Shown one piece after another: positions 22,401-29,294 of a stretch of 37,675 nucleotides of DNA (position 1 is its first letter; each line of letters begins with the position of its first letter). This DNA is from Vicinamibacteria bacterium (GTDB lineage Bacteria; Acidobacteriota; Vicinamibacteria; Fen-336): positions 1-37,675 of the forward strand of contig DATEUE010000213.1 of assembly GCA_035283305.1 (NCBI GenBank), read 5' to 3'. Made by a program: the position numbers and the translations under genes. Under the pieces are notes generated by a model. It worked only from the letters and a program-made list of their open reading frames with translations, did no database searches and was not told the origin of the DNA.

Positions 22401-22778
22401 GTCCGCTGCCTGTGCGGCGAGCTGCAGCGAGCGGCGCGTGAGCAGCGGCCCGCTCAGCAGGATCTCGCGCAGGGTGCGTCCCTCGATCAGCTCCATTGCG
22501 ATGTAGCGGGTGTCCGCCACCGCCCCGATCTCGTGAACGGTGACGATGTTGGGATGATTGAGCGCCGAGGCGGAGCGCGCCTCCTGTTCGAAGCGGGCCA
22601 CCCGTTCGGGGTCCGAGGAGGCCGATCCGGTGAGGACCTTGATGGCGACGAGGCGTCCGAGCGTGTGGTCGCGCGCGCGGTAGACGACCCCCATGCCGCC
22701 TTGACCGAGTCGGTCGAGTATCTCGTAGTGCCCGAAGCGTCTTAGCCGGACCAAGTCGACAGCCGTTGGCTGACTCAT
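19482..22778 (-). CDS. membrane-anchored Ser/Thr protein kinase with TolB_N-like module and long TPR region
   Basis: Kinase motifs: GQGGMGVVY, VAIKVL, HRDLKPENI, DFGLAK, GYMSPEQ. One TM helix (LVMASLVALAGALGLARAVI). Then SVAVLGFKNLTGRSDAAW... and about 600 aa of TPR-type repeats. I prefer ATG 22776-22778 (MSQPTAVDLV...) over the TTG at 22805 used by the track. Confidence 0.9.
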   Translation of the reverse strand: MSQPTAVDLVRLRRFGHYEILDRLGQGGMGVVYRARDHTLGRLVAIKVLTGSASSDPERVARFEQEARSASALNHPNIVTVHEIGAVADTRYIAMELIEGRTLREILLSGPLLTRRSLQLAAQAADGLAQAHAEGIVHRDLKPENIMITPDGRVKLLDFGLAKLTPLADDGRTASGGPPGTEPGRILGTVGYMSPEQARGERIDFRSDQFSCGSILYEMATGRPAFRRASSAQTLAAIIEDEPEPIAQLNPAVPPPLRWIVERCLAKDPAGRYASTRDLARDLAGVLEHLDEISAAPRQAAASSSPPRWRPSRRLVMASLVALAGALGLARAVIPRLSRTDAGPTPTAAAQVTKARPSVAVLGFKNLTGRSDAAWLSSAFAEMLTTELAAGGRLRTIPGENVGRMKLELSLSDAESLAPDTLAKVGRNLGTTMVLLGSYVALPGDQIRLDLRLQDVATGETLAALAESGTEGGLVDLLMRTGARLRQSLGVDPPPATEVGGLDGTPSNVVALRVFDALAARDLLEKATAADPRSPMAHFGLADAWATLGYDANARAEARKAFDLSDRLSREQRLSVEGRYRETAGEWDKAIEIYGALLTFFPDNVEYGLRLAAAQSTGGKAQDALATLAKLRRLPPPAPEDPRIDLTEAAVAQSLGDFRLQQAAASRAVAKGVAQGARLLVARARLREAYALDRLGEPPKAAVAGEAARQIFAEAGDRGGLAGALNIIGSLSWYHGDLETARTTWEECLRVRRQIGYRSGVAASLHNIGLVLWEQGDLGGARGSMEDGHAINRELGDRPGRAIALEDIAGLLDDLGDLTGAKTAAEQALFLARDIGDRTEAALALMRLARISHEEGDLPAAEARYREILPTLQERGTRDSVADTLFNLAELLKAKGDHAASREGHEAALTIRTELRAAFAVAKSQVALARLSIEEGRPQAAEPRLRSAARVFAAQKAEDWEASAQAAHARALLACNQPGDALQPAERSAVLVVRSQSPQVRLAVTADLARVQAGTGRSEEARRRIAAALAEAVRLRLLGLQLELRLARCEVELASGGGASEAELVALEQDAQARGFGQVARKARALLRSRPAKAGGAS

Positions 22779-22915
22779 GGATCCCGTTTCGTCACACGAC
22801 GACAACGCCGCAGGCGACAGTCTACTCCCCTGTCCGTCTCGCGGAGCCAGGGACTTTGCGCGCGCACGTGCGTCCTCGCGCGGCCGGCTTGTGGGCCCTC
22901 CCCCGCCCTGCTAAC

Positions 22916-24196
22916 GTGCCGGGCGTGAGACCGACCGACCTGCGGGGGATCCTGCAGTACGTCCCCCAGTTCCGCGAGAAGGCGTTCGTGGTCGCCGTGG
23001 ACGGCGCCGCCGTGGCCCACGACAACTTCGGCAACATCCTGATGGACGTGGCGGTGCTGTGGTCGCTCAACATCCGCACGGTGCTGGTCCACGGCGCGTC
23101 GGTCCAGATCCGCGCGCTCGCCACGGAGCGCGGCCTCGAGCCGAGCGACCTCGAGGGCTCGGGCGTGACCGACGCCGCGACCCTCGAGCTCGCGCTCACC
23201 GCCGCCACGCGCCTCAGCCACGAGATCCTGGAAGGGCTCGCGGCGGCCGACCTGCGCGCCGCGGCGACCAACGCGGTGATCGCGCACCCGCTCGGGATCC
23301 TGAAGGGCGTCGACCACCTGTTCACCGGCAAGGTGGAGCGCGTCGACACCGCGTTCCTGCAGACGCTGCTCGCGAGCGGAGTCGTGCCGGTGGTGCCCCC
23401 GCTCGGGCTCGACGGCGAGGGCCACACGTTCCGCGTCAACTCCGACGCGGTGGCGCTCGAGGCCGCGAAGGCGCTACAGGCGGTGAAGCTCGTGTACATC
23501 ACGACCTCGGACGGCCTGCTGGTGGACGGCGCCGTCGCCCGCCAGCTCTCGGTGCGCGAGCTCGCCGAGGCGCTCCAGCGCGGCGCCGTCGACCCGGGCC
23601 ACGTCTCGAAGGCGCGCCACGCGGTCGCCGCCTGCGAGGCCGGCGTGCCGCGGGTGCACGTGATCAACGGCGGCGTCGACGACGGCCTGCTGGCCGAGGT
23701 CTTCTCCAACGAGGGCATCGGCACGCTCGTCTACGCCAACGACTACCAGCAGATCCGCAGGGCGCGGCGCGGCGACGTGCGCGCGATCGAGCAGCTGATC
23801 AAGAGCTCGATCGAGAAGGACGAGCTCGCGCCGCGCACGCGCGCCTCGATCGAGAAGGAGCTCTCCGCCTACTGGATCTTCGAGGTGGACGGCAACCCGA
23901 TCGCCTGCGTCGCCCTGCACCCCTACCCGGCCGAGAAGAAGGGCGAGCTCGCCTGCCTCTACGTGCGGCCCTCGCACGAGAACCAGGGCATCGGCCGCAA
24001 GCTCGCGCAGTTCGTGGAGACGAAGGCGCGCGAGGCGGGGCTCACGCAGCTGCTCGCGCTCTCGACCCAGGCCTTCAGCTTCTTCCAGTCGAAGGCGGGT
24101 TTCACCGAGGGGACGCCGGACGATCTACCGCCCGCGCGCCGCGCGCGCTACGAGCAGAGCGGCCGGCGCTCGAAGGTGCTGGTGAAGAAGCTGTAG
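22916..24196 (+). CDS. argA: amino-acid N-acetyltransferase (N-acetylglutamate synthase)
   Basis: An amino-acid kinase fold (AFVVAVDG..., VLVHGA, VPVVPPLG, FRVNSDAVA) is followed by a C-terminal GNAT domain (LYVRPSHENQGIGRKL). The start is a GTG at 22916 or 22925. The track start at 22766 would overlap the divergent kinase gene. Confidence 0.85.
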   Translation: MPGVRPTDLRGILQYVPQFREKAFVVAVDGAAVAHDNFGNILMDVAVLWSLNIRTVLVHGASVQIRALATERGLEPSDLEGSGVTDAATLELALTAATRLSHEILEGLAAADLRAAATNAVIAHPLGILKGVDHLFTGKVERVDTAFLQTLLASGVVPVVPPLGLDGEGHTFRVNSDAVALEAAKALQAVKLVYITTSDGLLVDGAVARQLSVRELAEALQRGAVDPGHVSKARHAVAACEAGVPRVHVINGGVDDGLLAEVFSNEGIGTLVYANDYQQIRRARRGDVRAIEQLIKSSIEKDELAPRTRASIEKELSAYWIFEVDGNPIACVALHPYPAEKKGELACLYVRPSHENQGIGRKLAQFVETKAREAGLTQLLALSTQAFSFFQSKAGFTEGTPDDLPPARRARYEQSGRRSKVLVKKL

Positions 24197-24206
24197 CGCT
24201 CCTGCC

Positions 24207-24704
24207 TCAGGAGAGCACGCCGGCCAGGAACAGCGACCCGAAGTGCAGGGTGAGGACTGCCTTGCCTTCGAACTTGCCGTGCCCGGGCGTGATGTCGATC
24301 AGCATGTGCTCGGCGGTGCCGTGGTCGGCCGAGAACATCGACTCGAGCCGGATGGCTTTGGCGGAGTCGGGAATGTCGGCGCGCTGCAGCCGGCCCGGAT
24401 AGAGCGCGAGCGTCCAGTCCTTCTCGGCGCTCTTGATCACGCCGATCGTGTACTCGCCCGCGGGCAGCGTCGTGGTGCCGTTCTTGAGCTCGGCCGAGAG
24501 CTTGATCACGGGCCGGCGCGGGGTGACGAACTCGCCGACCTTGGCGGTCTGCGCGTGGGTCTCGTTGGCGGGCGTGGTGTTGTACGTGATCGTGACCTCG
24601 ACGCCCGGCGACAGCGTCGCCGTCACCGTCTTGTTGAAGTGCGGGTGCGCGAGTGCCGTGCTCGCGACCAGGCTCAGGACGATTCCGCGACCGATGCTCT
24701 TCAT
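24207..24704 (-). CDS. secreted DUF2911-like protein
   Basis: Signal peptide MKSIGRGIVLSLVASTALA, then a beta-rich body (LPAGEYTIGVIKSAEKDWTLALYPG) that I recall as DUF2911-like. The ATG overlaps the upstream gene stop (ATGA), and AAGGAGG lies 6 nt upstream. Confidence 0.6.
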   Translation of the reverse strand: MKSIGRGIVLSLVASTALAHPHFNKTVTATLSPGVEVTITYNTTPANETHAQTAKVGEFVTPRRPVIKLSAELKNGTTTLPAGEYTIGVIKSAEKDWTLALYPGRLQRADIPDSAKAIRLESMFSADHGTAEHMLIDITPGHGKFEGKAVLTLHFGSLFLAGVLS

Positions 24705-25474
24705 GACTGTCCTCCTTGAGGCTCTCGTGGGTTCGCCCGCGATTCTACGCGGCCCTCTTCTCCGACGCAGTAGCCCGCCGCCCCGTCGCGGCCGAAGCTG
24801 AACGCATGGCAGCCGGGAGCCTCGAACGGCGCCCAGCTACGCCCGTCGTCGCGCGAAACGTCGGCCCCCGAGGGTCCGAGCGCGATCCAGAAGGGGTCGT
24901 CGTCTCCCGGCCGACGCGCCACGACCGATCGGAATCCGGACAGGCCGACAGCTCTCCTCCAGGTCACGCCGCCGTCCTCGGAGAACGCTGCATTGTCGAC
25001 GGCCTCGGACTCCTTCTTGTAGTCGCCGCCGACCACCACGCCGTGGCGATCGTCGCGGAACGCGATCGAGAAGATCTCGGCGCTCGGGCCCGTGGGCAGA
25101 GGGGCCGTCGCCACGTTCCACGTGCGCCCGCGGTCCCGCGTCCGCAGCACCCGGCCGGCCGTGGTCGCGAACCACGCGAGGTCCTGCCCCAACACCGCCA
25201 CGTTGGTCCCGCTCGCCGCGAACGCGCCCTCGTTGGGGAGCGCCGCGGGCAGGGCCTCCGCGGGGACGCGCGTCCAGTGGCCTCCGGCGTCCTGGGTCAG
25301 CAGGATCACGAAGCTCCCCTCGACCGAGTCGCTGACGGCGACACCGTGACGTTCGTCCCAGAAAGCCATCGCGTCGAGGAACGCCTTCGGGTCGCGGTTC
25401 CGGCGCTTCGAAACAGGGTGGGATGCCATCGCTCGGCCTCTCGGCTCTTCCGGTGCCCAAGGATTATGCGTCAC
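24701..25474 (-). CDS. BNR/Ycf48-like beta-propeller protein (short, possibly N-terminally truncated)
   Basis: Sialidase/BNR-type repeats: TQDAGGHWT, TRDRGRTW, SEDGGVTW, SRDDGRSW. There is no signal peptide and only about four blades. The start is GTG 25474 or ATG 25429. Confidence 0.65.
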   Translation of the reverse strand: MTHNPWAPEEPRGRAMASHPVSKRRNRDPKAFLDAMAFWDERHGVAVSDSVEGSFVILLTQDAGGHWTRVPAEALPAALPNEGAFAASGTNVAVLGQDLAWFATTAGRVLRTRDRGRTWNVATAPLPTGPSAEIFSIAFRDDRHGVVVGGDYKKESEAVDNAAFSEDGGVTWRRAVGLSGFRSVVARRPGDDDPFWIALGPSGADVSRDDGRSWAPFEAPGCHAFSFGRDGAAGYCVGEEGRVESRANPREPQGGQS

Positions 25475-25498
25475 GACTCAAGTGCTAGACTGCTCCAG

Positions 25499-26071
25499 AT
25501 GTCGACGTCAGCCCGCCGCGTCCATTACACGTACGCTCAGTACCTCGCTCTCGAGGAAGAGAGCTCGGTGCGCCACGAGTTCCTGGACGGGGAGATCTAT
25601 GCGATGGCAGGCCGCTCGCCTGATCACGCGGCGCTGGCCGCGGCCATCATCCGGATCGTCGGCGGTCGGCTGCCCCCCAGCTGCCGTATGTTCACCTCGG
25701 ACCTGAGGGTGCGCATCGCTGAAGGCGGGCTGTCTACTCATCCCGATGCTGCTGTCATCTGCGGCCGCACACTCCGGGCGGCCGACGACGCGCTCGCGGT
25801 CGTGAACCCCGTCCTGCTGGTCGAGGTCAGCTGCGCTTCGACCGAGGACTACGATCGCGGCGAGAAGCTGCGGCACTACAAGGGCCTGCCGAGCCTGCGC
25901 GAGGTGCTGTTCGTGTCCCATCGAGGACCGGAGCTCACGCTGCACCGCCGCGAAGAGTCGGGCTGGACCGCTTCGACGGCCGGAACCGGCGAAAGCCTCG
26001 AGCTCGCGAGCGTGGCCGCCCGGGTCGGGGTCGACGAGGTGTACCGCGACGGTCTCGAAGACGCGGGATAG
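25499..26071 (+). CDS. Uma2-family (DUF820) putative endonuclease
   Basis: YTYAQYLALEEESSVRHEFLDGEIYAMAG.., PDAAVICG, LLVEVSCASTEDYDRGEKLRHY match the PD-(D/E)xK-like Uma2 pattern. This is the tail of track ORF 24716..26071, whose upstream part is antisense junk. An alternative in-frame ATG lies at 25466. Confidence 0.75.
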   Translation: MSTSARRVHYTYAQYLALEEESSVRHEFLDGEIYAMAGRSPDHAALAAAIIRIVGGRLPPSCRMFTSDLRVRIAEGGLSTHPDAAVICGRTLRAADDALAVVNPVLLVEVSCASTEDYDRGEKLRHYKGLPSLREVLFVSHRGPELTLHRREESGWTASTAGTGESLELASVAARVGVDEVYRDGLEDAG

Positions 26072-26073
26072 TC

Positions 26074-26508
26074 ATGACCCAGGCCCTGCGCTCGCACTTC
26101 GACGACTACGCGGCGTTCCACCGGACCGCGGGCAACAAGGCCTGCCACTCCTTCGGGATCCCGATCATCGTGCTCGCCTCGCTTTCGCTGGTGGCTCGCG
26201 TGCCGCTCTTCGCGGCCTTCGGGTTCACGGTGACCCTGGCCGAGGTCGTGATCGTCCTCTTCGTCGCCTACTACCTGACACTCGACGCGGGGCTCGCGGC
26301 GCTCATGCTCGCGGCCTACGCCGTGCTCGACGCGGCGGGCCGCTTCCTCGCGCCGTGGCCGGCGCTCGGCCTCTTCGTCTTCGGCTGGATCCTGCAGGGC
26401 GTCGGGCACTGGGTCTATGAGAAGAACTCCCCCGCCTTCTTCAGGAATTTCGTTCACCTGGCGGTCGGGCAGCTGTGGATCCTGGCGAAGGCTGTCGGCC
26501 GAGCCTGA
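26074..26508 (+). CDS. DUF962 / Mpo1-like membrane protein
   Basis: FDDYAAFHRTAGNKACHSFGIPIIV... and WILQGVGHWVYEKNSPAFF are the characteristic His-containing motifs. Four TM helices. Confidence 0.7.
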   Translation: MTQALRSHFDDYAAFHRTAGNKACHSFGIPIIVLASLSLVARVPLFAAFGFTVTLAEVVIVLFVAYYLTLDAGLAALMLAAYAVLDAAGRFLAPWPALGLFVFGWILQGVGHWVYEKNSPAFFRNFVHLAVGQLWILAKAVGRA

Positions 26509-26524
26509 GCCCGTCTGCCTCGCG

Positions 26525-27685
26525 CTACTTCGCGAGGCAGGTCTTGATCCGGCGCAACGCTTCCTGGATGTTGTCGAGGCTGTTGGCGTAGCTGAAGCGC
26601 AGGTGGCCTTCGCCCCACTCGCCGAAAGCCGTGCCGGACAGGCACGCGACGCCGGCCTCATCGAGCAGGCGGTCGGCGAGTGCCTTCGCTCCGTAGCCCG
26701 TGCCCGTGATGTTGGGGAACACGTAGAAAGCGCCTTGCGGACGCGGGCACTTGAAGCCCGTGATCAGGCGCAGGCCCTCGACGATCGCGTCGCGGCGCTT
26801 GCGGAACTCCGCCACCATCGTGTCGATCGGGGCGTGGTCGCCCTTGAGCGCCTGGACCCCCGCGAGCTGGGTGAAGGTCGCGGTGCAGGACACGGCGTTC
26901 GTCTGCAGCTTCGCGATCACCTGCGCGAGCGGCGCCGGCATGATGCCGTAGCCGAGCCGCCAGCCCGTCATCGCGTAGGTCTTCGAGAAGCCGTCGAGCA
27001 CGATTGCGATCGATTCCATGCCCGGCATCGCCGCGATCGAGACGTGCTTGCCGTCGTAGAGGATCTGCGAGTAGATCTCGTCCGACAGCACCGGGATCCC
27101 GGCCCGCACCGCCGCGTCGGCGATCGCGCGCAGTCCCGCCTCCGGAATGATGCCTCCCGTGGGGTTGTGCGGGTAGTTGAGGACGATGAGGCGGGTCTTC
27201 GGTGTGATTTTGCTGATCAGCTGGTCGACGTCGAGCGCGTGGCCCTTCTCCTCGAGCAGGCGCACCGGCACCGGCACCCCGCCGATGAAGCGGATCATCG
27301 ATTCGTAGATCGGGAAGCCCGGGTTCGGGTAGAGCACCTCGTCGCCCGGGTCCACGAGCGCGAGGATCAGGTAGAACATGATCGGCTTGCCGCCAGGGGT
27401 GACCACGACCATCTCGGGGGTGGCCTTGACGCCGCGGCGCGCCGTCGAGTCCTCGGCGATCGCCTGCCGCAGCTCGGGCAGCCCGGCCGCCGGCCCGTAG
27501 TGGGTGGCCCCGCCCTTGAGCGCGGCGATGCCCGCCTCGGTCACGTGGGCAGGGGTGTCGAAATCGGGCTCGCCGATCTCCAGGTGGACGACGCTGCGAC
27601 CCTTGGCTTCCAGGGCCCGCGCGCGCACCAGGACCTCGAAGGCCGTCTCCGTTCCGAGCCGCGCCAGACGCTCCGAGAGCTTCAT
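26525..27685 (-). CDS. class I/II pyridoxal-phosphate-dependent aminotransferase (aspartate aminotransferase-like)
   Basis: LEIGEPDFDTP, NYPHNPTG, the PLP-lysine motif DGFSKTYAMTGWRLGY, and LRFSYA. Confidence 0.9.
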   Translation of the reverse strand: MKLSERLARLGTETAFEVLVRARALEAKGRSVVHLEIGEPDFDTPAHVTEAGIAALKGGATHYGPAAGLPELRQAIAEDSTARRGVKATPEMVVVTPGGKPIMFYLILALVDPGDEVLYPNPGFPIYESMIRFIGGVPVPVRLLEEKGHALDVDQLISKITPKTRLIVLNYPHNPTGGIIPEAGLRAIADAAVRAGIPVLSDEIYSQILYDGKHVSIAAMPGMESIAIVLDGFSKTYAMTGWRLGYGIMPAPLAQVIAKLQTNAVSCTATFTQLAGVQALKGDHAPIDTMVAEFRKRRDAIVEGLRLITGFKCPRPQGAFYVFPNITGTGYGAKALADRLLDEAGVACLSGTAFGEWGEGHLRFSYANSLDNIQEALRRIKTCLAK

Positions 27686-27749
27686 TTGCGCTTCATCTCC
27701 CCGGCTACTCTACCGCGGAGGAGTCGGGTCTTGAACTGATGCGAAGGGC

Positions 27750-29294
27750 TCAGCGCGCGGCCGAGTCGAGCAGCTCGACGCCGTAGGCGTGATGCAGCCG
27801 CTCGCCAGCGGCCTCGGCCTCCGCCGCGTCGATCACGATGCGGCTGGCGGCCTGCCCCGAGACGAGCTCGATCACGTGGAAGCCGGAGCTCGCCGAGCCG
27901 AAGGCCTCGCGCAGCGCCGCGAGGTTCGGCACCGGGCGGCCGTTCACGCGCTCGACGATCTGGTCGCGCAGCTCCTGGTAGCCGAGGTTCGCGGCGTCGG
28001 GTAGCACGCTCGACAGCAGCACGATACGTCGCGATTCGTCCCCGACCTCGTCGTCGGCGCGGTCGATCGCGACCAGCAACCGCGGCGGCGCGCGGCGCGT
28101 CCAGTCGCCCCAGGAGGCGAGGTACGGGCGGGTCAGCTCCTGGAACACGAGGCCGCCCTTGACGACGTAGTCGGGCCCGCGCCCGTAGACATAGGGCGGC
28201 ACGCGATCCTGCTCCGGTCGCATCGCACGAAGCGAAAGCTGCAGGTCGAGACGCTGGCCGTCGCGCAGGATCCGGACCGGCATCGTGTCGCCGGGCCGCC
28301 TGCCGTCGGTGAACAGCAGCGCGAAGAGCATGCGCCCATAAAGAGGATGCTCGTAGTAGCCCGTGGGGTCGAGCCTCGCGCCCCCGAGCTCCAGCACCAC
28401 GTCCCCCGGCTTCAGCACGGAGCCCGCGCTGCCGTGCGGCAGCACGCGCGTCAGCCGGATCCCGGTCTCGCCGGGCTGGAGGCCGAGCGACTCGCGCAGC
28501 GCCGGGTTGGTGAGGTCCTGCCACGCGAGACCCGCGCGCGCGAAGCTGCGCCAGTCGCTCTGGGCGGCGCCGGCGAGGAACTGAGCCAGCACCGGAGCCG
28601 CAACGGCCGCGTACGTGTCGCCGGCGCGGCCCGTCACGAGCCCGGCCACGCGGCCGTTCACGACCACGACCTCGGACTCGCCGAGGCCCTCGGCGCTCGA
28701 CGCCACGTCGATCGTCAGCAGGCTGGTCTGCGACAGACCGTGCCGCCCCGAGCGCACCTGGCGCAGCGTCCCGGGGTAGGCGTCGAGCAGGCCCGTGCGC
28801 TGCCAGCGCAGCACCTGTACCGCGCCCTCGCCCCAGGCGCGCGGCTCGAGCGCGAGCGGTGAGAGGCCCTCCCAGAAGGCGGGGTCGTCGACGGCCACGA
28901 GCGCGAGCGGGCCCTCGTGGTCCACGAGCTCCACGCGCGCCACCGTGCGCGCGTCGCCCCCGAGCTTCTGCGCCTCGACCAGCAGCGGGTTGCCGAAGGC
29001 GGTCGACGCGACCAGGATCCGCCTTCCCGGGACGACGAGGCCGGTGACCGTCCGCGTCCAGGGCGGCTGCTTCTCCCAGGGCGCGCGCCAGTTCCAGTCC
29101 TGGCCGGTGACGCGCACGCTCACGACGCCGGCGCGCAGCGTGCCGTTCGCGGGGACGGCTTCGCCGACGACCGCAGCCGGAGCGGGGGGCGGCGGCGCTA
29201 TGGCGGCGGACGGCTGCGGCCGCGCCGAGGCGCAGGCCACCGCGAGCAGGGCGAGCAGGACGGGGCTACGGCCGGCGGTCGTGCGGGATCGCAT
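27750..29294 (-). CDS. Deg/HtrA-like protein with PDZ-like region but no catalytic triad (pseudo-protease), possible lipoprotein
   Basis: It is collinear with the adjacent protease, but His is replaced (ILVASTAFGNP vs ILTNGHVIADA), Asp is replaced (HEGPLALVAV vs HDCDLAVLRV) and Ser is replaced (AEGLGESEVVVVNGRVAGL vs NPGNSGGPVVQDGRVVGV). Signal peptide with Cys: LLALLAVACAS. Confidence 0.75.
   Translation of the reverse strand: MRSRTTAGRSPVLLALLAVACASARPQPSAAIAPPPPAPAAVVGEAVPANGTLRAGVVSVRVTGQDWNWRAPWEKQPPWTRTVTGLVVPGRRILVASTAFGNPLLVEAQKLGGDARTVARVELVDHEGPLALVAVDDPAFWEGLSPLALEPRAWGEGAVQVLRWQRTGLLDAYPGTLRQVRSGRHGLSQTSLLTIDVASSAEGLGESEVVVVNGRVAGLVTGRAGDTYAAVAAPVLAQFLAGAAQSDWRSFARAGLAWQDLTNPALRESLGLQPGETGIRLTRVLPHGSAGSVLKPGDVVLELGGARLDPTGYYEHPLYGRMLFALLFTDGRRPGDTMPVRILRDGQRLDLQLSLRAMRPEQDRVPPYVYGRGPDYVVKGGLVFQELTRPYLASWGDWTRRAPPRLLVAIDRADDEVGDESRRIVLLSSVLPDAANLGYQELRDQIVERVNGRPVPNLAALREAFGSASSGFHVIELVSGQAASRIVIDAAEAEAAGERLHHAYGVELLDSAAR

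Noticed and set aside
19751-22745. Track ORFs 20064..22745(+) 893 aa and 20629..22146(-) 505 aa
   Set aside because: They are antisense or out-of-frame shadows of the 1098-aa kinase/TPR gene and contain no motifs.
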